Shown here one piece after another: positions 8,682-16,636 of a stretch of DNA of 24,000 bases (positions are counted from its first letter, which is position 1; every line of letters starts with the position of its first letter). Source of the stretch: Balneola sp. EhC07 (GTDB lineage Bacteria > Bacteroidota > Rhodothermia > Balneolales > Balneolaceae); the NCBI RefSeq assembly GCF_001650905.1, contig NZ_LXYG01000015.1:13232-37231 (forward strand), given 5' to 3'. Made by a program: the position numbers and the translations under genes. Below the pieces are notes generated by a model that saw only the letters and a program-made list of their open reading frames with translations, was not told the origin of the DNA and searched no databases.

Positions 8682-10413
8682 ATATCCGTTCATTCAGATA
8701 CATAACAGGAGATAATTCTGAACTATCACGATCGAGAATTGTATAAAGTTCGTTTATTTCATCCCAATCTGAAAACGGTCTTGTTAGCAAATAATAACGT
8801 CCGTTGCTAAAGGTCCTGATACTACTTTGTACATTCATTTCACTTCTAAGTCGTTCGGAAAGTTGATCTACTTCCTGTTTAGAAGAAAAAGAACCCAATT
8901 GTATCTGGTAAGTAAACGTATATTCTGAGACAGTAGAGGGGTCATACTTTATAAAAGCATCTTTAAGTATTTCGATATTCTGTATAGCCTCTAATCTTTG
9001 TAAGGCTGTTGAAATATCGTTTATAGAAGCAGTTAGTACTGTATATGCCTGAAGAGATTTTTCTTCTACAACTGCTTCAATATTGTATTCCTGAGCAAGG
9101 GTTTCTTTAAATGATAAAGCTCCTTGTTCATTTTGAAAGAAAGCCAGTTGAATTTGATATTTAAGAGCCTGAGGCCGTTCCTTTCCATTGTTATAGCATT
9201 GTTGAACAAAACCTGTTATTTGGCTTTTTCCCAGTTTCTCTTCGATAGTACTTTGCAAAGCCATAGTTTCAGAAAAGGAAGTACTACTGGCCGTTCTGGT
9301 TGAGAACAAGGAGTTATTATACATTATCTCAAATTCGTAACCGGTTTTTTGTTCCGTTTCTTTGGAAAAAGCTAAGCTGTTAAAAAAGGATTCAAAGCCT
9401 CCGGCCTGAACTGAATACCTGCAACCGTTTTCAAAATTTCCGGTGTTTACGTTTCTGATTTCCGCTTTTGAAACAGGAACAGTTGGGGTAGAGGTAGGTG
9501 CAGAGATTTGTACAGGGGGCTCTTCTGTTTCTTCAGCAATAGCCTCTTCATTCGATTCAGCTTGTACATCTGTTCTTGCTAAATCATCAGAACTATTTAC
9601 TGCATCTGATTCTTCCGGTACTTCAGCCTCAGCATTAGTCGATTCATCATTTGATCCCAATTCAGGCTCGGAGGATTCCTGATCAGTAGAAACAGAATCT
9701 GCTTTTGCCATTTGTTCAGGGCTTGAATAAAATAATCTGAGAACAACTCTTCTGTTCTTATCTTTACTGGCAGGATAAGGATTGCCCTGTTCATCAAATT
9801 CAACTAAAGGTCGGGAGTCAGCATAACCGGATGCTTTTAAACGTTCCTGAGCAATTCCCATTTCACTGAAATACTTTACAATATTAGATGCTCTTGAGGT
9901 AGATAACTCCCAATTCGAATCAAAGTTAGCGGAAGAAATAGGAACATTATCTGTGTGGCCTTCAACGTCTATTTCAAAATCGTTATAGGATATGATCCTG
10001 AAAGCTGCCAAAACACGGTTAAGGATTTCTGATGCTTCGTTTTCTAAAGTAGCGCTTCCTGAGCTGTATAGATCATCACTTTTGAATCTAATGCGTACAT
10101 CATTTAGTTCTCTGAATATCTCAAGCTTACCTTGTTCAATTTCTGGTGCCAGCAATCCTTCAAGTTCTTCTTTAATGTTTTCAATCGGTGTAGTGATAAA
10201 CTCGGTTTCATTCAAAGAAGATTTGAATAAATCAGAAACAGAAAAGGGCTCTCCATCATTTAAATCTGAGAAAGAAAGTAAAATGACCAAAAAACCAAGA
10301 AGAATGGTAATAATATCAAGATAACTTACCTGCCAACTGTCGTCATCTTCACTTTCAATTTCCTGCTTAGGATACAGTGAATTCTTTGTATTATTTGACT
10401 GATCTAAACTCAA
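8680..10413 (-). CDS. MotB-like stator protein with OmpA-like peptidoglycan-binding domain, acidic linker and three C-terminal SPOR-like repeats
   Basis: 577 aa. N-terminal MotB signature SWQVSYLDIITILLGFLVILLSF with a conserved Asp in the single TM (Asp33, codon 10315-10317; counterpart of E. coli MotB Asp32). OmpA-like core EGHTDNVPI...NWELSTSRASNIVKYF...GYADSRPL...NRRVVLRL (aa about 100-228). Asp/Glu/Ser-rich linker (aa about 232-315). Three repeats of the SPOR pattern (YSVQAGGFESFFNSLAF..., YQIQLAFFQNEQGALSFKETL..., YQIQLGSFSSKQEVDQLSERL...). Confidence 0.8.
   Translation of the reverse strand: MSLDQSNNTKNSLYPKQEIESEDDDSWQVSYLDIITILLGFLVILLSFSDLNDGEPFSVSDLFKSSLNETEFITTPIENIKEELEGLLAPEIEQGKLEIFRELNDVRIRFKSDDLYSSGSATLENEASEILNRVLAAFRIISYNDFEIDVEGHTDNVPISSANFDSNWELSTSRASNIVKYFSEMGIAQERLKASGYADSRPLVEFDEQGNPYPASKDKNRRVVLRLFYSSPEQMAKADSVSTDQESSEPELGSNDESTNAEAEVPEESDAVNSSDDLARTDVQAESNEEAIAEETEEPPVQISAPTSTPTVPVSKAEIRNVNTGNFENGCRYSVQAGGFESFFNSLAFSKETEQKTGYEFEIMYNNSLFSTRTASSTSFSETMALQSTIEEKLGKSQITGFVQQCYNNGKERPQALKYQIQLAFFQNEQGALSFKETLAQEYNIEAVVEEKSLQAYTVLTASINDISTALQRLEAIQNIEILKDAFIKYDPSTVSEYTFTYQIQLGSFSSKQEVDQLSERLRSEMNVQSSIRTFSNGRYYLLTRPFSDWDEINELYTILDRDSSELSPVMYLNERI
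8683..9423 (-). repeat. Three tandem SPOR-like protein repeats inside the MotB-like CDS
   Basis: Protein-level repeats start near aa 331, 417 and 500. Each begins [YR]Y[SQ][VI]Q[AL]G/A.F... followed by an amphipathic helix and a second beta hairpin, as in SPOR (sporulation-related repeat) domains. Diverged at DNA level. Confidence 0.55.
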
Positions 10414-10424
10414 TTTCCGCTACC

Positions 10425-11222
10425 CTAAAATTGTTGACTTGTTCTATGCATATGAGCTTTGAGTTTGTCGTAGATCTGAAGCGAAGATTTTTGCTGTTGA
10501 ATCAACAGAATTCCTTCCAAAATCAGTTTTTCTCTGAAAAATTGAAGAGAAGCAATATTATTCATCTTTTTTGCCATTGGAATAAAGATGAAATTCCCAA
10601 TTATGATACCATAAAGAGTGGTCATAAGTGCAGCTGCAAGTCCTGTTAATAAAGAATCCATTTCATTAAAACCGGACAGAATAACGATAAGTCCAAATAG
10701 TGTTCCCAGCATACCGAAGACGGGTGCTGTTTTCCCCATACTTGCAATTATTTGATTGATCTGCTGTTGTCGTGTAAATGTTTCCTGAATATTTATTTCG
10801 GCTAACTCACGAAGATCTTCTGTTGAATAATTGGTATCTAAAATTGAAAAGAGATACCCTTCAAAACGATTTCCATACTCCTCACTTAATTCAGAAACAG
10901 CTTTAATTTTATTGATCCGAATTCTTTTTTGCCACTCTAAGATTTTTTCAATGTCTGTTTCAAGTAACTGATCATCTATATTGCTTTGAGAAAAAAGCCT
11001 TGTACTTTCTCGTAGTGCTCTAATGACTTTCTTAAAGGGATAGCTAATGAATACACTTGCTGATATACCTCCAAATACTATTGCAAGACTTGGAAGGTTA
11101 AGAAACTCATATTTTGATGGAATCATATTGTATTGAGCGAACCCAACCACAAGTAGAGCTCCCCATACTAAAATTGCTAAGGAAACTAAGAAACAAAAAA
11201 TGTTTAAAAATGATGTGCGCAT
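10425..11222 (-). CDS. MotA/PomA-type stator channel protein (MotA_ExbB family, 4-TM flagellar-stator architecture)
   Basis: 265 aa. TM1-TM2 pair, then an approximately 100-aa charged cytoplasmic loop. TM3 APVFGMLGTLFGLIVIL and TM4 LMTTLYGIIIGNFIFIPMAKK keep the conserved prolines. MotA-type C-terminal tail REKLILEGILLIQQQKSSLQIYDKL (compare the MotA consensus EGIL.IQ.G.NP). 11 nt upstream of the MotB-like gene. Confidence 0.85.
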   Translation of the reverse strand: MRTSFLNIFCFLVSLAILVWGALLVVGFAQYNMIPSKYEFLNLPSLAIVFGGISASVFISYPFKKVIRALRESTRLFSQSNIDDQLLETDIEKILEWQKRIRINKIKAVSELSEEYGNRFEGYLFSILDTNYSTEDLRELAEINIQETFTRQQQINQIIASMGKTAPVFGMLGTLFGLIVILSGFNEMDSLLTGLAAALMTTLYGIIIGNFIFIPMAKKMNNIASLQFFREKLILEGILLIQQQKSSLQIYDKLKAHMHRTSQQF

Positions 11223-11257
11223 GTTTTAGTTATGGTTTAATAATTCTTTCATTGTTT

Positions 11258-11737
11258 TCATTCTATTAAGCCTTGTCTCTTTAACTCATCGATTATAGCA
11301 GGAGAGGGGGGTATGGGTAAGTTCTCATCCATTTCGAGAGCTCTTCTCCAAAAAGCCACGAAGTTCTCAGTAGAACCCAATCCCAAATAGATGCTCCCTT
11401 TCAAAGCAAGCAGATCCGCAGTTTCCTTTACCTGTAAAGCACGGTTAATTAAAAATAGAGCGTCCTGATACTCTCCACTATAAAATTTCTGTTGAGAGAG
11501 AATATAAAGCGTGGTAATCCTGTTGGCTTTCGTTTGATAGTCTTTATGAAGTTCTTCTTTATATACCTGCATCAATGAATCTCTTCGGGCCTTTTCAAGA
11601 TCTATTTCCTCAGGATCGTTTGTATCAGAACTCTCCGTTTGAGTTAAAGGACTTTCATTTTGATCTGATTCAACGGGGCCATTAACCGATGTACTTTTAG
11701 TACTTCTGCAAGAAAACAGAAACGATATCCACATCAT
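11258..11737 (-). CDS. TPR-repeat lipoprotein (putative)
   Basis: 159 aa. Short signal with a lipobox-like FLFS/C (Cys10). Ser/Thr/Asp/Glu-rich tether. C-terminal TPR module (FYSGEYQDALFLINRALQVKETADLLALKGSIYLGLG...WRRALEMD). That module is paralogous to the C-terminus of the 993-aa usher-like protein. Confidence 0.6.
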   Translation of the reverse strand: MMWISFLFSCRSTKSTSVNGPVESDQNESPLTQTESSDTNDPEEIDLEKARRDSLMQVYKEELHKDYQTKANRITTLYILSQQKFYSGEYQDALFLINRALQVKETADLLALKGSIYLGLGSTENFVAFWRRALEMDENLPIPPSPAIIDELKRQGLIE

Positions 11738-11774
11738 AGAAATGCAGATAAAGGTTGCATTCGATATGTATTGC

Positions 11775-13601
11775 TTATTCTTGATCTGCTTTGCTTAGTT
11801 TTAACGATTTTCTAAGAGAACTGACCAATTTCTTTTTGGCCTCTGCATTAATTTGATGTTCACCGTTTATAGATTCAAGCTCAAGGCGAATTAATTGTTG
11901 CTCGCGTTTTGGCCTTCCATTTAAAATTTTATCTATAGATGCTGTTTCAAGCCCAATTAATGCTTCCAGTAATGTGGAAGTGTCTAGTTCTTCAACACCA
12001 TTTTTGACTACTTCGTCTTCTAATTCAGGAATCTGGTCTATAGTAAAGAATTCTTTTTCTAATATTATACCTACTTGTGAGCCTGTAGATTTCAACTGCT
12101 CGATATATCTTCGCTGTTCGTCTACAGGAAGATTTTCAAGAATTGGTAAAATATTTTCAACACCAAAATCCTGCTCATGTACATTGTCTCTTACTAAGAT
12201 TGCTTTTTCAAACAATCCGCTGGAAATTTTACTCTGTTCTTTATAGGAGAGCGTATGCAGAGTAGACATTTTAAGCATAATTTCTGCGGCTCTGGATCTT
12301 TCAAACGTATTTAAGATAGAAGCGGCTTTATCCTCAGGTAAGTAATCAATTATGAGGGCTGCACTTACATTGTTTTCAGTTTTTATAAGCTCAGTTAACA
12401 GATCATCAGATAGGTGAGTCAGAAACTTGAACAGCCCAAGCTTAGCATGTTTTTTTTGTGATTTTTCATCGGTGCTTTCATCCTTAATAATAGAATTAAA
12501 GTACTTGGCAGCTCTGTATTTTTCATCAATAGACATTGGGGGTAGATTTCGTATAGCTACCTTAATAGTCTCTAGTTTTTCTTCGTCTATATGATTTTGG
12601 AGTAATTTAAGAGAGCTGGAATCAATAGATGAAACAACTTCAGCAACATTTGAAGGTCCATTTTTTTCGTCACTATCAATCCAGAATTCGAAAACCAAAG
12701 AAACCTCCTGTGGATATTTGAAAAAGTTTTCTGAAACTAATTCGAACTCAGAAACTATATCCCGGGAATGTTCTTTAGAACTTCCGAAGAAGGAAAGATT
12801 ACTATCGGGGTTTAAACTTCCTTCCACCGTAATGTCACTTTTAAGATTATCTCTTTGAGACTGGAAATCAGATTTATCTCTGGAGTTTCTAAATATTCCG
12901 TATCCAAATAATCCAAGTAAAAATACTGCAAGTAAAATTATTTCAACCAAATAGTCTTTGAAAGAACTTAAGAGGGGTTTAGGCTCCGGCTCTTCGGTAT
13001 TAGTTATTACAACAGCAGGTTCAAAATCCGGATCAGGGATAGCAAGTTGAGTAATATTTATTACATCACCTCTGGTGAAATCAATTTTAGCAGCAAAACC
13101 AGTTACACGTCTCATAAAGTCTAAATCAGTATCAGACAGGGAGGTATCGGCATATATATTAACAGCAAGGCTATTAAGCTGTAAAGTCTTATAAGTAGTT
13201 TGGTTTGTAGTATTTTGAGGAGTTGTTTGTACAGTTTGGGAATTTTGGAGGTTTTCATCCGGAAGAAAAGGGAGGCCGGGCAAAAAGCTTTGTGAATTTC
13301 TTGTTACAGTTTGAGTACCGGGTGTTTGTAAAGTTTCTTCTATAAATTCAGCTTCAATATTAACGTCTACAAAAAATTTCTTTCTGTCAAAGTGATTAGA
13401 AAGTATTAGAATAATCTGTGAATCGTAAGCCTGTTCAAGTGAAGCAATTTGTAGCTGTCCGGATTGAGAGATGACACCGGAAGATTGAGCTCTTGCTGAT
13501 AAGCCTGAAATGCATAAGACTATTAAGAGAGAGAACAGATATCTCAGCATTAAATACTTCCTCAAATTTTTTTTAACCAACGTATTCATTTTACATATCA
13601 T
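11775..13601 (-). CDS. Bitopic inner-membrane protein: periplasmic FliF/SctJ-like ring-building-motif region fused to cytoplasmic FliG-like (middle + C-terminal torque) domains
   Basis: 608 aa. N-terminal signal/anchor (LRYLFSLLIVLCISGLSARA/Q). Periplasmic aa about 40-215 with two helix-strand modules resembling RBMs (LEQAYDSQIILILSNHFDRKKFFVDVNIEAEF; LNSLAVNIYADTSLSDTDLDFMRRVTGFAAKIDFTRGDVINITQL). TM aa 217-237 (LVEIILLAVFLLGLFGYGIF). Cytoplasmic ARM-like repeats: FliG_M/MgtE_N-like TENNVSAALIIDYLPEDKAASILNTFERSRAAEIMLKMSTL, and FliG_C-like EFFTIDQIPELEDEVVKNGVEELDTSTLLEALIGLETASIDKILNGRPKREQQLIRLELES...AEAKKKLVSSLRK. The latter aligns to the remembered FliG_C consensus MFVFEDI..LDDR.IQ.VLREVD..DLA.ALKGAS.E...KI..NMSKRAA..L.E.LE...P.....EEAQ..I....R.L. 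Met5 (13589) or Met18 are alternative starts. Confidence 0.65.
   Translation of the reverse strand: MICKMNTLVKKNLRKYLMLRYLFSLLIVLCISGLSARAQSSGVISQSGQLQIASLEQAYDSQIILILSNHFDRKKFFVDVNIEAEFIEETLQTPGTQTVTRNSQSFLPGLPFLPDENLQNSQTVQTTPQNTTNQTTYKTLQLNSLAVNIYADTSLSDTDLDFMRRVTGFAAKIDFTRGDVINITQLAIPDPDFEPAVVITNTEEPEPKPLLSSFKDYLVEIILLAVFLLGLFGYGIFRNSRDKSDFQSQRDNLKSDITVEGSLNPDSNLSFFGSSKEHSRDIVSEFELVSENFFKYPQEVSLVFEFWIDSDEKNGPSNVAEVVSSIDSSSLKLLQNHIDEEKLETIKVAIRNLPPMSIDEKYRAAKYFNSIIKDESTDEKSQKKHAKLGLFKFLTHLSDDLLTELIKTENNVSAALIIDYLPEDKAASILNTFERSRAAEIMLKMSTLHTLSYKEQSKISSGLFEKAILVRDNVHEQDFGVENILPILENLPVDEQRRYIEQLKSTGSQVGIILEKEFFTIDQIPELEDEVVKNGVEELDTSTLLEALIGLETASIDKILNGRPKREQQLIRLELESINGEHQINAEAKKKLVSSLRKSLKLSKADQE
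11802..12053 (-). other. FliG C-terminal (torque-helix) like domain within the 608-aa protein
   Basis: aa 517-600. Conserved positions versus the remembered FliG_C consensus: F-x-F/T-x-D, E-[VL]-D-T, L-x-x-A-L-x-G, K-I, K-R-x-x-x-L-x-x-x-E-L-E. The KR...ELE segment occupies the position of the charged torque helix that contacts MotA in flagella. Confidence 0.55.
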
Positions 13602-13618
13602 AGGAACTTTTTATACTC

Positions 13619-16600
13619 CTAGTTTCCTGGTTGAGTTCTTATTAATTGGTCTAATACTTCAATATCCGGAATAAAGATATCAGGATTAAATTCTAATGCT
13701 GTATCCCAGTTTTTTTGAGCTTCTTTTTTATCACCTTGTAAGTAATACAGACTTCCTTTTAAAGCATAACCCTGAGCGGTTTCAAATAGGCTCAAAGACT
13801 CGTTGACTAATGTCAGAGCCCTGTCAATATCTCTGTTATAAAAAGCAGTTTGTGCCTGGATAATCAATCTTAATGTCCGATCAATATTTTCATCATATTC
13901 TTCCTGAAGTTGAATTATTTCATCCGATTGGCTGATTTCTGCTAATATGCTTGTATCAGGTACTATTTCAATGTTACGGATGTCAAAGTCTTTTGGAACA
14001 AGCACTATGCTAAGCCCTTCTATGAAATCTCCTTCCGGTATAGACCTTACCTCAAAGTTAGGTAAACTATCGCGTATTTTTGAATCTAAAATATCTAACT
14101 GACTCTGATCAATGCTTAGTTTATACTTTCCGGGAGGTATCTCAAAAGAATAAAAACTCCCATCTGAAAATGTCCTGATCTCTTTAAAAAAGTCACTATC
14201 AATTGAAGAAATTATAACTTTAAGGCCGGCTATTCCGGATTTTCTTCCATTTTCAAAAAATCGTTCAACTGTTCCTTCAACAACACCGGACATATAAAAT
14301 GGAATTTCCACTTTCTTGAATCGATTTGGATCGGTAATCAAACCAAAATTTTCAAACTCCGGTACTAGCATAGGATTTCTTATAGCTCCTTTATTCAATT
14401 CCATATTGTAGTAAAAATAAGGCTGCATCTGCGTGAAATAATGGACTCCATTTTTGGAAAAGTTCATTGCACCTGATCTTGTGACACGCAGAGCATTTTC
14501 ATTTATCAGGTCATCTTCTTCATCAAAAGTTCCGTTATTATTGTTATCAACGAAAAGTTTAACGGCAGTACCTGATCTGCCAACTTGTTCTCTACTGGTA
14601 AATAAGAAATTATTATAATTTGTATCGTAACCTATAGACCCTCTGAGGTTTTGCGTTAAATTGTAATTGTCTCGAATAGAACTAAAGTTAGAACTGGACC
14701 TTACCTTGTTGAAATCGATACTAAAGCTAAATCTGACAGAGTTAAACTTATTAAAGAAATTTCTACCTACTGAAAATTGAAATCTTCCATTTTTGAAAAT
14801 GCTTCTTGAGATAAATAATTGTGCAGATTCAATTTCTTTTTGAATAGGCAAATAACGCATTTGAGCTCTCAAAAAAGTTCCTTTTAAGTAGGAGGGGATA
14901 TTTCGATTACGCGAAATTGTATATGTAACTGAGTTTTCAATTGCAGCTAAACTTGTTGGAGAAAGAATATCAAACCGCCCAAAATATCTATCGATATAAC
15001 CTATTCGGACATTAAATTTATTAAATCGAGAATTTGCATCCGCTCTGAACGTTGTAATACTGGATGATTCACCAAAACGAGAAAAGGCAGAAACTCTTAC
15101 ATTAAGAGGGGTAGAGCCGAATGAAAAAGGGTAGAACAGAGTGCTGCTTATTCGTTTATCATCATTAGAAGGATTATAAATACTAAATCCGGATGAGTAA
15201 TTTATAAAATCAACATTAAAACTTGCTGAATTAGGATAAACAGCATTTAATGTAGATCGATAGAAAGCATCGGTTGCTCCTTCAAGAGTAAAAATATAAT
15301 TCGTGGATATTCTGGAAGAAAGAGACGAAATAAAAGTTGGCAAAGTAGTATGAAATCCTTCATAATATTCAATACCAGCCTTAGCAGTAAGCCAATCAGT
15401 CAATCCATATGATCCCGATCCTTGTGCTGTTAGTACTCGGTTGGACGTGCCTATCAAAGGATTATCTAGTTCACCGAGGTTTACTATGTAGTTAAACTCG
15501 CCGGCCGGCTGGAAGTTAAAAGGAACCTGAATACGATTTGACCTTTCTATGATTTGACCGGTAGGACCATAAATTCTTAGATCTAGTTGAGTTGCACCAT
15601 AAGTAAGCGGGGCTAAGAACCTGTAGTCACCGGCTTGATCAGAAATTTGAAAATCTATTAGTGCATTATTAAGGTAGAGTTCCACTTCTGATTGAGGAAT
15701 AGTAGTGCCCTGAACCTCAAATTCATCAAATAGTCGTCTAGGCTCTACCGGTTCATTTGAAAAACGAACTCCGCTGTATGGGCTTTTATTTACACCATCT
15801 GTAAGAGTTTGACCAATGGTCAATTTTGTAATTATATTTTGATCTCTAAAGTATCTTCTCCACCTAAGATTATTAGTGGAAAAGTTTGAAAAGTTTTCAG
15901 AAAAGCTCCCAAATAACGAGCCCTGAAGATCTCCTCCATAAAGTTGTAAACCAATATTACTATTATAGTTGTATATATTAACTTGATCAGATAAGTTTGC
16001 AGAAAGGTTATAGTCGACAAATCCACCATCCAAGAAAGGTTTCTTCCTCTTAAATTTAAGGTCATAATTATTTTCAGAGAAACGGTTGTTGTCGGCAACT
16101 CTTCGTTTTTGGTTTCTTAATACTTTCTGTATTACGGGGAGTTCTTTCTGTGTAATCAAACTAAGTCTTAGATTCCCGAAGTCAACCATAAAATCCAACT
16201 GAAATATATCATAGAAAAATTCAGGCTTTAAATAGAAATCTATTTCTTTGATTAAAAAATCCTCTGAAGAAATTTGATGAGTTTCGTTTCCGAATCTGAT
16301 AAAATTGTCCTGGAGATTTATGGAATATGGAGTTTGTTCTGAAGAGAAATTTCCCGATATAATCAAACCATCCTGATTATTTTCTATACCAAGGAGATTG
16401 AAGATTTCATTTACAGGGAGGTAAAAATTGTCATCTTTATAATAAGAGATAACAACAGTATTTATTATTCCGCGATGCCTGAATTCAAGATATACTTCGG
16501 ATTCGTCAGAAGTATTCTGAGCGGAAGCTTCAGGTTGTGTTAGAAGTACACAAAAGAGAAAGAAGCATATCTTTACAGTTATTTTGAACCAATCTCTCAA
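13619..16600 (-). CDS. Usher-like outer-membrane assembly protein with CarboxypepD_reg-like domain and C-terminal TPR module
   Basis: 993 aa. Signal peptide (FCVLLTQPEASA/Q). N-terminal domain resembling usher NTD (YLEFRHRGIINTVVISYYKDDNFYLPVNEIFNLLGIE). Long beta-strand-rich, aromatic/Asn/Ser-rich barrel-like region. Plug-like segment FEVQGTTIPQSEVELYLNNALIDFQISDQAGDYRFLAPLTYGATQLDLRIYGPTGQIIE (compare the usher pattern V.G...p.a.V.v..NG..i....v.aG.F.i.dl....G.l.v.v....G). Ig/CarboxypepD_reg-like GVVEGTVERFFENGRKSGIAGLKVIISS...FSDGSFYSFEIPPGKYKLSI. TPR at aa about 905-993. Sits next to the chaperone-like and pilin-like genes. Confidence 0.55.
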   Translation of the reverse strand: MRDWFKITVKICFFLFCVLLTQPEASAQNTSDESEVYLEFRHRGIINTVVISYYKDDNFYLPVNEIFNLLGIENNQDGLIISGNFSSEQTPYSINLQDNFIRFGNETHQISSEDFLIKEIDFYLKPEFFYDIFQLDFMVDFGNLRLSLITQKELPVIQKVLRNQKRRVADNNRFSENNYDLKFKRKKPFLDGGFVDYNLSANLSDQVNIYNYNSNIGLQLYGGDLQGSLFGSFSENFSNFSTNNLRWRRYFRDQNIITKLTIGQTLTDGVNKSPYSGVRFSNEPVEPRRLFDEFEVQGTTIPQSEVELYLNNALIDFQISDQAGDYRFLAPLTYGATQLDLRIYGPTGQIIERSNRIQVPFNFQPAGEFNYIVNLGELDNPLIGTSNRVLTAQGSGSYGLTDWLTAKAGIEYYEGFHTTLPTFISSLSSRISTNYIFTLEGATDAFYRSTLNAVYPNSASFNVDFINYSSGFSIYNPSNDDKRISSTLFYPFSFGSTPLNVRVSAFSRFGESSSITTFRADANSRFNKFNVRIGYIDRYFGRFDILSPTSLAAIENSVTYTISRNRNIPSYLKGTFLRAQMRYLPIQKEIESAQLFISRSIFKNGRFQFSVGRNFFNKFNSVRFSFSIDFNKVRSSSNFSSIRDNYNLTQNLRGSIGYDTNYNNFLFTSREQVGRSGTAVKLFVDNNNNGTFDEEDDLINENALRVTRSGAMNFSKNGVHYFTQMQPYFYYNMELNKGAIRNPMLVPEFENFGLITDPNRFKKVEIPFYMSGVVEGTVERFFENGRKSGIAGLKVIISSIDSDFFKEIRTFSDGSFYSFEIPPGKYKLSIDQSQLDILDSKIRDSLPNFEVRSIPEGDFIEGLSIVLVPKDFDIRNIEIVPDTSILAEISQSDEIIQLQEEYDENIDRTLRLIIQAQTAFYNRDIDRALTLVNESLSLFETAQGYALKGSLYYLQGDKKEAQKNWDTALEFNPDIFIPDIEVLDQLIRTQPGN
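13661..13864 (-). other. TPR module at the usher-like C-terminus, paralogous to the lipoprotein module at 11309-11506
   Basis: Hand alignment of usher-like aa 914-978 with lipoprotein aa 79-143: 25 identical residues over 65 ungapped positions (FY...AL.L.N..L...ETA...ALKGS.Y...G........W..ALE......IP). Similarity continues to both C-termini after a 1-residue shift (D.L.R). Confidence 0.7.
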
Positions 16601-16636
16601 AAAAATTACTTTTATGTTTTATATACTTCTTCAAAT

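Noticed and set aside
7340-10649. Shadow ORFs overlapping pdhC and the MotB-like/MotA-like genes (7340-7534 -, 7538-7822 -, 7585-7770 +, 8267-8524 -, 9443-9682 +, 9597-9803 -, 9992-10324 +, 10377-10649 +)
   Set aside because: Each is nested in, or antisense to, a confidently assigned CDS. The Ser/Glu/Lys-rich or acidic linkers of the real genes suppress stop codons in other frames. No motifs were recognised.
8680-11222. MotA/MotB pair as a Zorya anti-phage system, Tol-Pal/ExbBD-TonB system or GldLM gliding motor
   Set aside because: As I recall, ZorA has a very long C-terminal tail and is followed by large ZorC/ZorD genes; here MotA is 265 aa and no such genes follow. ExbB/TolQ have a 3-TM layout and TonB/TolA partners, which are absent. 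GldL/GldM have different architectures. The 4-TM layout, the EGILLIQ tail and the MotB Asp-in-TM signature fit the flagellar-stator class.
11775-13601. 608-aa protein as an MgtE magnesium transporter or as a bona fide flagellar FliG
   Set aside because: The MgtE_N-like repeat is present, but there is no CBS pair and no C-terminal 5-TM MgtE channel domain. True FliG is a soluble protein of about 330 aa without a signal/anchor, a periplasmic domain or a TM helix.
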